This document shows positions 7,731 through 17,312 of a DNA stretch of 64,000 bases, one piece after another. This DNA is from a virus. Taxonomy: Duplodnaviria > Heunggongvirae > Uroviricota > Caudoviricetes > Demerecviridae. Below the pieces are notes generated by a model, which searched no databases, was not told the DNA's origin, and was given only the letters and a program-made list of their open reading frames with translations. A program made the translations under genes and the position numbers. Every line of letters starts with the position of its first letter. Positions within the stretch are counted from its first letter, which is position 1. The stretch covers positions 49,479 through 113,478 of the IMG/VR virus record IMGVR_UViG_2974597248_000001; one strand, given 5' to 3'.

Positions 7731-10494
7731 CTAGCTCTGCCATTGCTTCATCATGCATATGTTTCTCCTCGTCAGTCATAAACTTATACGGGATTGGCAT
7801 ACACTCGATTTTACAGTAGGTTCTGTACCAGTCTACAATATTCTCCGTGTTCATATCCTTGCCAATACCCATCATACCAAGATACATTCTAGCATATTTT
7901 GGGTTAGCACTCTGACCTGTTTTAAGAAAGAAATCTTTCTTCTTACCTTTCAGAGCTTCTATGAATGGTTTGATAGTGACATTTGAACACTTCTTAATAT
8001 CTTCCCAGAACATTTCGTGCATCTTATGGAAGAATGCAGCCCGATCATTAGGTTTATCCTTGATATATTGTTCAACATGCTCAACTGTTACATCTTTAAT
8101 AGACTCAAGATGGTAATAGCGAACAAGAAGTAGTTTAGCTTCATACGCATCTGCATGGCGTGGAGCACAGTAATCAGGAGTTGAATACAAAATGGCTTTG
8201 ATTCGCTCTTCCGTGTACTCTTTTCCTGCACCTTCGATAGTTCCCCAGCTTTCACTGAAAATATCAATAGTTGCACCCTGATCAAGCAAGTAATAACGTA
8301 AAGTACTAGTATAGTTCCTAGATTCCAGCTCCCTACGACGCGCGTATAATTGCTGTGCTAACTCCAGCCAACCTTCATCAATGTTATATTGTTCAGAGCC
8401 TGCGGAGAATCCACTCGTAGATTTATCAATAAAATAATAAATGTTCTGAGCACCACGGTCGCGCCTGATTGCTTGGAAACGCATGTTCGGCGCTTGGTTA
8501 CTAGTTCTAGTAATAACAAATACGTTATCAAAGTAGTTGAAGTCAACGCCACTTGTTACGGATGGACTACATAATAAGCAATCAATTTGTTGGTCAATTA
8601 GCTCATTAGTTGTGTAATCCAGAATACGTCGAATATCTACATCAGACGTAGAGTTTGAGTGGATTTCCTTAACTAGCGCACCCGTATTACGACGCAACGC
8701 CATGCCCTTCTCATTCAGTTCATCCGGCCCACAGTCAGATACTAGGATAGATTTTTCACCCATCTCTAGAGAAGTCTGAAGTGCAACCCAAATACTGGAT
8801 TCATCAGGAAACTCATAAGCATGAGCTTTTGACAGCATCTTACGGTGGTGGTTATAAAATGCCACTGGTTTATCAAAATCAATTAGAGAACCGTAAGCTT
8901 CAATCGTCTCAGCACTAATATCACCATCTGATAGAATTACAGTTTTAGCTGTCATGAGGATGTCACGTAGAACTTGAATACATTCGCGACGTTGTTTAAC
9001 AACTGGGGCGAATAATAGATCATTCATTACAGCGTCACATTCATCAATAAAGATGGTGTCTATTTGACCAATAAAACTTTTGAACTTATGCAAAGAGTGA
9101 ATAGTTGTGGACATACGATCAATAGCTCCACGTTTAAAGTTGAGCATATCTACGGACTTATCATATTGTCCTGCGCTAAATTTCTTAGCGTTTGAAGATA
9201 CCAGTGCTCTAGTATTTGTAACCGCTAAAAAGTTGCCAGGAAGAACACCTGCGTCCAGCCATTTAGTTACTGCCGTAGTTTTACCCGTACCAAGACTTGC
9301 CTTAACAAATGTTATGTGGCCTTTTGGGGGTACAATGTTAATCTTCAGGTATGGAACTTCTGGTGGAGAATCCACTTCTAATTTCTTGAGTGGAACACCT
9401 TTCAGATTTAATGGAATCTCACGTTTAGAATTATTAACAAACGCTTTGAGAGCCTGCTTACGACCGTTATTAAAGTAATCTTGAATATTACGACTGTTAT
9501 CTTTAGTTGCAATATATTCAGATAAAGCGGGTTTAATCTCACGTTCTAGCCATGCGAAATCAACACCATCCTCTAATGCTCTATGGTATAGTTTGGGGAT
9601 AATACGCAAGTACACTCCATCCTCAGCTTCTTCCAATTCGCTGATGGTTTCTTCTACTTTATCAGAAGCAATCTTTTTGCCTTTAATTTGGTCAAGTAAA
9701 GAATAAAACTCTTCCTTAAACTCCCCTCTAGTTGTTTCATAGTCAACCAGATTATTAGGCAAATTTACCTTCGAACCTTTAACATACACCAGACGTGGCT
9801 TACTCTCCGCTTTAAACGGATCTACAATACCATCGCTAAATAAAGGGTCGGCAAAATAGTGAAGCTGGACAGATGAATAATAAGCTAAGTCGGCAATATC
9901 AAAACCGAATTTTTGCTTACTACTATCATTGATAGACGTAAATAAGAACTTTAACTGACCTTGAGTTACCTTGACGTTAGATTCTAGCATTAAGTGCATT
10001 CGGATACCTGGTTTTAGGCCAGCCGAAGACGATGCATGAGCAATAAACCCTGCATCAAGAGGAAACATGTCCTCACTAATACTATTCAACATCTTAATAA
10101 TGTGGCGGGCCATGCCTACAAGATTAAACTTGTCGTACCCACCGGTATCTAGGATACCATCCACGTCCATAGCAATAATATTACTAGGGTTAGACACATT
10201 AAAGTTACCTTTCTTACGTCGCACATTATTTTTAGGTGCAAGACATCGACCTCGTACCGCAACGATATGAGGGTCAGACGTTAAACGTCTCATAAGTGGT
10301 AACATTTCGGCAAGGCTTTGCGGGTCATGCTCTTCTATTACATCAAATTTGAAGGGCATAGAAGCTGGTTTACCTTCTGGATGCTCTTTCGAGAATCGCT
10401 TGGCAAAGGTATAATCTTCCACTTTGATTTCTCGCCAAATACCTGTTGCTAAATCACGAGAAAATCCAGCGTGACCTCGAAGAATAGAAAACAC
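7711..10494 (-). CDS. large P-loop NTPase, possibly a primase-helicase or origin-binding protein
   Basis: 927 aa. A Walker A motif (VKASLGTGKTT) lies mid-protein and the N-terminus has an acidic DVDG motif. No secure family assignment. Confidence 0.5.
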   Translation of the reverse strand: MFSILRGHAGFSRDLATGIWREIKVEDYTFAKRFSKEHPEGKPASMPFKFDVIEEHDPQSLAEMLPLMRRLTSDPHIVAVRGRCLAPKNNVRRKKGNFNVSNPSNIIAMDVDGILDTGGYDKFNLVGMARHIIKMLNSISEDMFPLDAGFIAHASSSAGLKPGIRMHLMLESNVKVTQGQLKFLFTSINDSSKQKFGFDIADLAYYSSVQLHYFADPLFSDGIVDPFKAESKPRLVYVKGSKVNLPNNLVDYETTRGEFKEEFYSLLDQIKGKKIASDKVEETISELEEAEDGVYLRIIPKLYHRALEDGVDFAWLEREIKPALSEYIATKDNSRNIQDYFNNGRKQALKAFVNNSKREIPLNLKGVPLKKLEVDSPPEVPYLKINIVPPKGHITFVKASLGTGKTTAVTKWLDAGVLPGNFLAVTNTRALVSSNAKKFSAGQYDKSVDMLNFKRGAIDRMSTTIHSLHKFKSFIGQIDTIFIDECDAVMNDLLFAPVVKQRRECIQVLRDILMTAKTVILSDGDISAETIEAYGSLIDFDKPVAFYNHHRKMLSKAHAYEFPDESSIWVALQTSLEMGEKSILVSDCGPDELNEKGMALRRNTGALVKEIHSNSTSDVDIRRILDYTTNELIDQQIDCLLCSPSVTSGVDFNYFDNVFVITRTSNQAPNMRFQAIRRDRGAQNIYYFIDKSTSGFSAGSEQYNIDEGWLELAQQLYARRRELESRNYTSTLRYYLLDQGATIDIFSESWGTIEGAGKEYTEERIKAILYSTPDYCAPRHADAYEAKLLLVRYYHLESIKDVTVEHVEQYIKDKPNDRAAFFHKMHEMFWEDIKKCSNVTIKPFIEALKGKKKDFFLKTGQSANPKYARMYLGMMGIGKDMNTENIVDWYRTYCKIECMPIPYKFMTDEEKHMHDEAMAELGARNDS

Positions 10495-10991
10495 AACAAT
10501 ACTCCTGTGTTGGTTAATCGAAATCTTTTCTTTAGGACTATTCAGAAAGAATAGAACAACTATTACTACTATTTACGTAAACATCAATTATCATCAAGCA
10601 ATATGAATAAGTTATCATATCTCAGTGCTGTGCTCTCTTCGCTCATATACAGAATAGAACCTAGGTCATTGGCCGCTAAGCCGATTCTATTTGTCCTCAC
10701 TATCCTATTGGTAGGTGACTACTGTACGTGCCGCCATTCGCTGCTCTTTTCGTTCGCACCCCCATATAAAGCTCTGCCTATATAACGAGCTAAATATGCA
10801 CGGTTTGGATTTACCTTTCCGAATTCAGGGTACACAGATCACTTAATTGAAGATTAACTAATGCAATATAAACACTAGTAATAGTTAAAACAACCCTTAA
10901 TGGGGCAGCCTAACTGTTCCGTATCGCGGATTGTAAACAAGAAAAATTAGCAAAATCAATTTTTACTAATGTCTCTCAATTCAATATAAAT

Positions 10992-11020
10992 ATTATATCA
11001 AGATTTTGGGCATCATGCAA
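10992..11020 (-). promoter_or_regulatory. T5-early-type sigma70 promoter with about a 480-nt ORF-less leader before the 927-aa gene
   Basis: The reverse complement reads TTGCAT-17-TATAAT. Confidence 0.5.
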
Positions 11021-11051
11021 GTAAATTTTTCCAAAAGGTGCTATCAGTGTC

Positions 11052-11085
11052 TTTGAGCATAGAGAAAACCGAGCCAAAATGACTC
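11052..11085 (-). terminator. rho-independent terminator at the end of the Sir2/HAD operon
   Basis: On the minus strand: CCGAG-TCATTTTGG-CTCGG followed by TTTTCTC. Confidence 0.5.
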
Positions 11086-11114
11086 GGTAATCAGAGTTCA
11101 GCTAATAAAAATCA

Positions 11115-11504
11115 TTAGTCATTTAATCCCGGAACATAGATCCCAATACGGTTTAATTGTTCTTTAGCTTCTTTGAGAATATCTGGAGTGTACTCCCAAA
11201 TATCATCTTCCACCTGTAAAAGATGGGGCGAACAACCGTCATCAGGTACACGACATATGGCCAAACCACGTGGATGGAACAAAGAGAAATTTAGAGCAAC
11301 AATTAAACCCATAGCAGACAACTCGTTCCAATCCAATTCCCATTCCCCCGCGTAGCCGGATAGGAAAACACCAACACAGGGATCATCTATTTGCTGCTCC
11401 GGAAAAGTGAAGGAGGCTTGTCTTACCCCCAACCAACGTTGTAGCAGCTTCTCCGCACGTTTCACCAAACTAGGATCAATCTGACGCCAATATACTTGTT
11501 CCAT
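11115..11504 (-). CDS. hypothetical protein (paralog of 11514..11942)
   Basis: The C-terminal halves of the two adjacent ORFs align (MGL[IV].ALN..LF.P...R.G..[IV]PGL). Confidence 0.5.
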   Translation of the reverse strand: MEQVYWRQIDPSLVKRAEKLLQRWLGVRQASFTFPEQQIDDPCVGVFLSGYAGEWELDWNELSAMGLIVALNFSLFHPRGLAICRVPDDGCSPHLLQVEDDIWEYTPDILKEAKEQLNRIGIYVPGLND

Positions 11505-11513
11505 TCTGCCTCC

Positions 11514-11942
11514 TTAAGTAGTTAAACCTGGGATCATATACCCGAAACGGCGAAGTTTTTGGATACCATCATTCACTTCTTCTGGTGAGTAAGACCAACC
11601 GTAACGTTCATTAACCTGAAAACCAGGAGATTCACTAGTTTTATAGTTAACAACTAGGCGATGCTTAGCAGGCATAAACAGCTTATAGTTTAACGCAAAA
11701 ACTAAGCCCATTTCATCTAACTCTTTCCAGCCGACAATCTCTTCAAGACCCTCTTCTACCTGAACAATTAAACCAATACAGGGGGCCTCATCAATATCAT
11801 CTTTAAAGGCAAAGGAGATTTCGTTATTCTCACACCATATTTTCAAAGAGTTAATAGCCTCATTATACAGGCTAGCTGAGAGAGTACGCCAAAAGTTAAC
11901 CAAAATTGGGTTAGCTTCTTTAGAGAATACATTATTGAACAT
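11514..11942 (-). CDS. hypothetical protein (paralog of 11115..11504)
   Basis: See the paralog at 11115..11504. Confidence 0.5.
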   Translation of the reverse strand: MFNNVFSKEANPILVNFWRTLSASLYNEAINSLKIWCENNEISFAFKDDIDEAPCIGLIVQVEEGLEEIVGWKELDEMGLVFALNYKLFMPAKHRLVVNYKTSESPGFQVNERYGWSYSPEEVNDGIQKLRRFGYMIPGLTT

Positions 11943-11944
11943 AT

Positions 11945-12451
11945 TTACACCTTAAATTGTTGTAGGGCTTTACACATTTCAAGATCTGGACTAAATTCTA
12001 GCATATAGCTAACAGCTTTTAAATCTTGAAGATTTATCCCAGTCCTGCCGTTGACTATAACCGTTGGATACTGATACATCATAGCACCCGCATCATCAAG
12101 CACACACCAATGTTTGAGCTTATGCTTTTCAACGAAGCGAAGAACAGAATTACCTCTAGATAATCCACCACCAGTAAAATCCGTTGTACCAAGAAAACGA
12201 TCTATAAGACCTAATCCGGTCATAATCTGAACGTTCTCCATCTCATTTCTGACAGAGAACCAAGATGATACTCCAACAATCATTATTGGAGAAGGACGAA
12301 TAAAGTCCTGAAAAGCCTTGAGAAGCGGTTTGAAAACCCAATCACTTCCAAAGAAAATCTTTTCATCATCAGGCGCATGATAGTGGGAGATGCTCGAATT
12401 GAGCACCCCATCAATGTCTAGAAAAATAATTGGAGTATTACTTATTTCCAT
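11945..12451 (-). CDS. HAD-superfamily phosphatase
   Basis: HAD motif I (FLDIDGVLNS) at the N-terminus. Confidence 0.6.
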   Translation of the reverse strand: MEISNTPIIFLDIDGVLNSSISHYHAPDDEKIFFGSDWVFKPLLKAFQDFIRPSPIMIVGVSSWFSVRNEMENVQIMTGLGLIDRFLGTTDFTGGGLSRGNSVLRFVEKHKLKHWCVLDDAGAMMYQYPTVIVNGRTGINLQDLKAVSYMLEFSPDLEMCKALQQFKV

Positions 12452-12620
12452 TTTTGTTCCTTTCTAAGAACGTATCATACTCAACCGTATCAACATATAT
12501 AACACCATAGTCATCGGATTTATAGTCCATTTCCCACAGCTCACAGCGATAGCACCAACTACCATCCGCCCATACAAATATATCGTCGGGATGTGTATAA
12601 ACAGATTTAACTATGGACAT
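12438..12620 (-). CDS. small hypothetical protein (WxDGxWCYR family)
   Basis: 60 aa; shares a W.DG.WCYR core with the neighbouring ORF. Confidence 0.4.
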   Translation of the reverse strand: MSIVKSVYTHPDDIFVWADGSWCYRCELWEMDYKSDDYGVIYVDTVEYDTFLERNKNGNK

Positions 12621-12796
12621 ATTTGTTTCCCCTCATCTCCAGAGGATAACCATATATTATCCGTAGTATAGATAATTTTATATGCATATCCCAACCGTTT
12701 TCTTACACTAGGAAACCTGTAGGCAAACCTATAACACCAAGTGCCAGACTCAGTTATAAAAATATCCCATTCATTATTTCTTGCTTCTCGACACAT
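12611..12796 (-). CDS. small hypothetical protein (paralog, ESGTWCYRF)
   Basis: 61 aa paralog of 12438..12620. Confidence 0.4.
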   Translation of the reverse strand: MCREARNNEWDIFITESGTWCYRFAYRFPSVRKRLGYAYKIIYTTDNIWLSSGDEGKQICP

Positions 12797-13592
12797 AAGG
12801 TCTACCCTCTAAATGAGCTTCTACACGAGCAATAAAATCAGGATCACTGAAAGCATCTACTGCACCTTTACTCCAGTAAGGGATACCACGTTCTTCCAGC
12901 TGGTACATCTCACTACGAGTCATACCTTGATAGCCCGGTTCCGCCGCTAGGGCACTATCATAGTAGTTAACAACCATAAGTTTCGCAGCAGTCAAATTAA
13001 GAACAGGAAATAATTCCCAGTAGAAGTTAATTACTTGGTTAGAGCAACCAACCACAATGATCATATCTTGACTGGTAATACCATCAAAAACATTATACAT
13101 TTCTGCGTATGCAGGAGCATGCTCTCCAAAGAAGATTACATTAGGTTTAACCCATTTATAATCATCTGGATCAATAGAATTGTATCCTACATCAATAATC
13201 CGCTTATTACTACTATTGTAGTTATCAGCTACAACAACCTCTTTTAAATACCCGTGAATGTGCAGAATGTCACTATGTGGAACGCCAGCACGCTCAATAA
13301 GGTCATCAACGTTGGTAGTCAAGTTTACTACTTGACCTGGGTATTGTTTATACCATTCACCAATACGCAAATGTGCAAGATTGGGTTCAACAGTTTTTAG
13401 CTCTTCACGACGCTTGTTGTAAAACATATGGGTTTTATGATAAAAATTACCACGAAAGGCATGAATATTACACACTTCTTCTAGATCATAATCATCCCAT
13501 AATGCTTTACCACTAGCAGTATCAGTACGGAAGGCTCGTACACCACTTTCAACACTCAAACCTGCACCGCTAATAATAATTAATCTACGCAC
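12774..13592 (-). CDS. Sir2-family NAD-dependent protein (deacetylase / ADP-ribosyltransferase-like)
   Basis: N-terminal sirtuin signature ISGAGLSVESGVRAFR (GAGISxxSGIPxFR). Confidence 0.75.
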   Translation of the reverse strand: MRRLIIISGAGLSVESGVRAFRTDTASGKALWDDYDLEEVCNIHAFRGNFYHKTHMFYNKRREELKTVEPNLAHLRIGEWYKQYPGQVVNLTTNVDDLIERAGVPHSDILHIHGYLKEVVVADNYNSSNKRIIDVGYNSIDPDDYKWVKPNVIFFGEHAPAYAEMYNVFDGITSQDMIIVVGCSNQVINFYWELFPVLNLTAAKLMVVNYYDSALAAEPGYQGMTRSEMYQLEERGIPYWSKGAVDAFSDPDFIARVEAHLEGRPYVSRSKK

Positions 13593-13786
13593 TATACGAT
13601 TCCTCGCTTAAATCCTTCGATAATATTTCGGAGTAAAATTGCTTCCTCCGGGCGTACCTTTTCTTGCTTAATAAGCATATCCAATCCAGCAATACAACTA
13701 GTTACACCAGCATTATAACCAGAGTTCCATTGCTCAATGAGCATGTTTTCTAGATTACTTTTTAGATTCTGATTCAAGAAGTCCAT
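13592..13786 (-). CDS. hypothetical protein
   Basis: ORF of 64 aa. Confidence 0.4.
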   Translation of the reverse strand: MDFLNQNLKSNLENMLIEQWNSGYNAGVTSCIAGLDMLIKQEKVRPEEAILLRNIIEGFKRGIV

Positions 13787-13958
13787 AAAGTTTCTCCTCT
13801 AGTTCCATAACACGATTTTCATAAGAGGCACGCAACTTTTCAATTGCCAGCGCACGCACTGTAACCTCATTAGAATTAATAGCTAACTGGGCCAGATCTT
13901 CTGTTTCCATACGTCCGTTGTAAATTAAGCGATATTTAAGATGTTTTACGTTTTTCAT
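13755..13958 (-). CDS. hypothetical protein
   Basis: ORF of 67 aa. Confidence 0.4.
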   Translation of the reverse strand: MKNVKHLKYRLIYNGRMETEDLAQLAINSNEVTVRALAIEKLRASYENRVMELEEKLYGLLESESKK

Positions 13959-13967
13959 TCTTGTTCC

Positions 13968-14249
13968 TTAGTTCTGTACTGTAAATTCATTCTTATCACA
14001 GTGAGCATAATAATACCCATACATACGATAAATTTTCACAGCCTTAGTAGACCCCTTCGATTCTTCATAATCAATCCAGAGCCACTTGTCTTTACCTACA
14101 TAATGTACCCGAAACTTCTTAACTTTCTTATCATTCCATGTTGCAACAACACGACGATAATCAAATCCGCCCAACCAATCTAGAGCCTTACGTTCTTCAC
14201 TAGGCTCTCCAAGATGGGAGACATCTACTTTAGGAAGCAATTCGCTCAT
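13968..14249 (-). CDS. hypothetical protein
   Basis: ORF of 93 aa; first gene downstream of the promoter at 14278-14306. Confidence 0.5.
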   Translation of the reverse strand: MSELLPKVDVSHLGEPSEERKALDWLGGFDYRRVVATWNDKKVKKFRVHYVGKDKWLWIDYEESKGSTKAVKIYRMYGYYYAHCDKNEFTVQN

Positions 14250-14277
14250 AGCTTTCTCCTCTCAAATTTATAAATCT

Positions 14278-14306
14278 ATTATATATAAATTTTTGGCTGA
14301 AAGCAA
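14278..14306 (-). promoter_or_regulatory. T5-early-type sigma70 promoter of the Sir2/HAD operon
   Basis: The reverse complement reads TTGCTT-17-TATAAT, followed by AGATTTATAAATTTGAG. Confidence 0.55.
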
Positions 14307-14311
14307 ATAAA

Positions 14312-14340
14312 ATAAAAGCCAGGTCGACTAGCAACCCGGC
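14312..14340 (-). terminator. putative terminator after nrdD
   Basis: An imperfect hairpin (GCCGGGTTGCTAGTCGACCTGGC) followed by TTTTATTTTATTT on the minus strand. Confidence 0.4.
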
Positions 14341-14348
14341 TGATTAGC

Positions 14349-16175
14349 TTATTTAAGATTTAAGTGTTTTACTCTACCAAGTACTTCTTTTTGTTTCCCA
14401 GAATTGAAAGGTCTACTACCAGGAGACCCAAGGTACCCGCAAACCCTACGTGTAACCTCTATTTCTTCAGACCCACAACTTGGGCATACAAACCCACGCT
14501 CAGAGGCAATAGATTCGCCCATATATCCGCAGTTGAAGCACTCATCAATTGGTATATTAACACCAATATAATGGCTACATTCTAGTCCCTTATCTACTAC
14601 GTATTCAAGAGCTTTATGGAACTTCTTCATTTGTGGTAGTTCCACAAACGATATATTACCACCATTAGCTATTTTGGTGAAATGAGCTTCATACTCAAAT
14701 TTAGTATCCGGAGCTACCTTCTCCCTTACATCCAAATGATGACTATTAGTGAGATAGCCTTTATCTGTTAGCCAAGAATACTCAGGGAATCTACGTTCCA
14801 GTAGTTTATTAAAACGATTACATAGAGACTCACTAGGAGTAGCATACAAACTAAACCCAAGATTAGTCTCACTAGCCTTAATTTCACAACGGTTTTTTAA
14901 GTGAGTGAGAACTTCTTCCGTAAATTCAATACAATCCCTATGAGTTTGTGGTAATCCAAACATTATTTGGCACATCTCATAGACCCCAATATATCCGAGA
15001 GATACAGAAGATCTACCCTCAAAAATAGGCCAGACGTATTCTTCCGCATCCAAACGTACACCAAAACCGCCATGCATGTATAGAATAGGGGCTTGTTTAG
15101 CTTTTACTTTCTTCAGCCTATCCAAGAAAAAATCATGTGCTTCAAAAGCCTCATCTACATACTTATCCAGAATATCCCAGAAATCTTCAAAAACTCCATC
15201 CGCTTCTGCAGCAACCATAGGTAGATTAATAGATACTACGCCAAGATTATTACGTCCTGCAACCTCGCCAGAAGGGATAGCAGATAAAAAACTACGACAA
15301 CCCATAGGGGCTTTAAAATCTCCAGTAACAGCTACAACCTTCTCATAGCTTAAATAGTCTGGGTACATACGGGTAGCAGAACATTCTAGTGCTAGCTGTT
15401 TTATATCATAATTAGGATCACCAGGATTTTTGTTCAACCCCTCCTTAACTGAAAATACCAATTTAGGAAAGATAGGTGTCGACTCTGCTGCCCCTAGTCC
15501 TTTAAGACGATTTTGAAGAATAGCTTTCTGAATCATCCTTTCTTCCCATTCTTGTCCTAAACCAAAGCCCAGAGTAACAAAAGGAGTCTGCCCATTAGAG
15601 TTAAATAACGAATTAGTCTCATACTCTAGGGCCTGGAATGCATCATAACATTCTTTTTCAGTAAGTTCAGTAGCATATACAGCAGCTTTTCTCTCATCCT
15701 TGAGCCAACGTAGGCCACGCCCCAGATGTTTATTGTAGGACTTCCTAACATACGGAGCTAGAACCTCATCAATACGATCAATAGAAGTACCCCCATACTG
15801 AGCGCCCGATACTTGAGCAATAATCTGAGCAGTAATCGCACATGCAGTAGTTATAGATTTAGGAGTTTCAATATTCGCATTACCAATTTTAGTACCATTT
15901 TTCAACATACCACCTAGGTCTACTAAACAACAGTTAGTGTACCCCTGTGCTCTATAGTCCATATCATGGATGTGTATTTTACCTAGATTATGGGCGTCTA
16001 ATAAATGTTTAGGTAATTCTTGTGCTACTAAATACTTGTTGATTTCTCCAGCTAGTAAGTCCCTCTGCGTATGAAACATCTCGCTAGGTTTATTAGCATT
16101 ATTATGCTGCAAGTCTTTGTCAGCAGTTAGAGTAAGTAAACCTTTGCAATTTTCAATTAGTTCATTTTCTGTCAT
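14349..16175 (-). CDS. nrdD: anaerobic ribonucleoside-triphosphate reductase (class III RNR)
   Basis: 608 aa with the C-terminal glycyl-radical motif RVCGYLGS and a Cys-rich Zn site (CFNCGY...CPSCG). Confidence 0.85.
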   Translation of the reverse strand: MTENELIENCKGLLTLTADKDLQHNNANKPSEMFHTQRDLLAGEINKYLVAQELPKHLLDAHNLGKIHIHDMDYRAQGYTNCCLVDLGGMLKNGTKIGNANIETPKSITTACAITAQIIAQVSGAQYGGTSIDRIDEVLAPYVRKSYNKHLGRGLRWLKDERKAAVYATELTEKECYDAFQALEYETNSLFNSNGQTPFVTLGFGLGQEWEERMIQKAILQNRLKGLGAAESTPIFPKLVFSVKEGLNKNPGDPNYDIKQLALECSATRMYPDYLSYEKVVAVTGDFKAPMGCRSFLSAIPSGEVAGRNNLGVVSINLPMVAAEADGVFEDFWDILDKYVDEAFEAHDFFLDRLKKVKAKQAPILYMHGGFGVRLDAEEYVWPIFEGRSSVSLGYIGVYEMCQIMFGLPQTHRDCIEFTEEVLTHLKNRCEIKASETNLGFSLYATPSESLCNRFNKLLERRFPEYSWLTDKGYLTNSHHLDVREKVAPDTKFEYEAHFTKIANGGNISFVELPQMKKFHKALEYVVDKGLECSHYIGVNIPIDECFNCGYMGESIASERGFVCPSCGSEEIEVTRRVCGYLGSPGSRPFNSGKQKEVLGRVKHLNLK

Positions 16176-17067
16176 TGATTATTTCCTCGATAAATTTTAT
16201 AGCTACTTCTGGCTCAATATTGAAGAATTCCGTAGCACCATCAAAATCTTTGTATTGGCAATTCTGTTCTTTAAAGTAGTTATGGGCTAATTTTTCGATT
16301 TGAACTGCATCACTATATTCTCCAATTTCAAATACTTTAATTACTTCCAGATCAGTAAGGTGACTACTAGATTTAATATGTAAAAGTCTGCGCTCTGGAT
16401 TGTTAGACCTACCTATTTTAACACCATGTGAAGGGCTGTGCATAATATATACCTTAGTATTTTCTAAATCCCTATACTTACAGTAAGGACAACCATTTCC
16501 TCCTAACACGGATCCTGGAGTAGCTTCCCACTGATGCCCTGCACCACAGAGAAAGGTGGTCTTAATATTCGCATTACTATATTCACCTAATATTCTAATA
16601 TTCCTAGCAGTAAGACGATCGTTTATAGTATTAATACTAAGTTTTTGTTTATTAACAGCACAAGAGGGGCAGCCACTACCTCTATTAATTATACTATTAA
16701 GTGTAGTAGTCCACTCATGACCACAAATACACCTAAATTTAGTATTTATATCGGCACTATTTTTATAGCCTTCCAACAATGTAATACCCCTACTCTGTAA
16801 TACAGTATTAATTTTATCAATATCTAGTTTACGGCTATTAATAGAACAAGTAGGACAATTGGTCTTTCCATTCCTAATAGCATCAAATTTAGATGTCCAT
16901 TGATGACCATATTCGCACTGATACGTATGCCTATACCTAGAATTCTGATATGGCTTATCCACCATAGTAAAACCACGTTCGGCTAGGCATTTATCTACTT
17001 CTTCTTGGGTTAATTTTTTCGGCATTTCCCTTCTCCACAGAATTTTTACACCTATTATACTAAACAT
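16162..17067 (-). CDS. T5orf172-domain protein with three Zn-ribbon repeats
   Basis: Three CxxGHxW...GCPxC modules followed by a T5orf172-like C-terminus (VYIMHSP..GVKIGRSNNPERRL). Driven by the TTGACA-17-TATAAT promoter at 17054-17082. Confidence 0.7.
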   Translation of the reverse strand: MFSIIGVKILWRREMPKKLTQEEVDKCLAERGFTMVDKPYQNSRYRHTYQCEYGHQWTSKFDAIRNGKTNCPTCSINSRKLDIDKINTVLQSRGITLLEGYKNSADINTKFRCICGHEWTTTLNSIINRGSGCPSCAVNKQKLSINTINDRLTARNIRILGEYSNANIKTTFLCGAGHQWEATPGSVLGGNGCPYCKYRDLENTKVYIMHSPSHGVKIGRSNNPERRLLHIKSSSHLTDLEVIKVFEIGEYSDAVQIEKLAHNYFKEQNCQYKDFDGATEFFNIEPEVAIKFIEEIINDRK

Positions 17068-17082
17068 TATCCATTATGTCAA
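17054..17082 (-). promoter_or_regulatory. consensus sigma70 promoter (TTGACA-17-TATAAT) for the T5orf172 gene and nrdD
   Basis: The reverse complement reads TTGACATAATGGATAATGTTTAGTATAAT. Confidence 0.6.
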
Positions 17083-17219
17083 TTAAAATTTTCTTTCGTC
17101 ATCTAATACTGTAATATTTTGCGTATAAATAAATGATTATCTAGTATCATATTTCTACCTTTATAAGCAAGCAAATTTTTTATTTAAAAGCAATATCATA
17201 GGCTTATTTAAAATTGTAG

Positions 17220-17248
17220 TTGCTTTTTACTGTATATATTGGTATAAT
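17220..17248 (+). promoter_or_regulatory. T5-early-type sigma70 promoter (-35 TTGCTT / -10 TATAAT)
   Basis: 17-bp spacer; upstream of phoH. Confidence 0.6.
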
Positions 17249-17312
17249 ATATTTGTAAGTTGATAAACAAGATCTTTTTGTTGATCCTCTGTTAGCGAAG
17301 TACACTATAGGA

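Noticed and set aside
14349-17067. nrdG (anaerobic RNR activase) next to nrdD.
   Set aside because: No ORF in the window has a CxxxCxxC radical-SAM motif. The neighbour is a T5orf172 Zn-ribbon protein.
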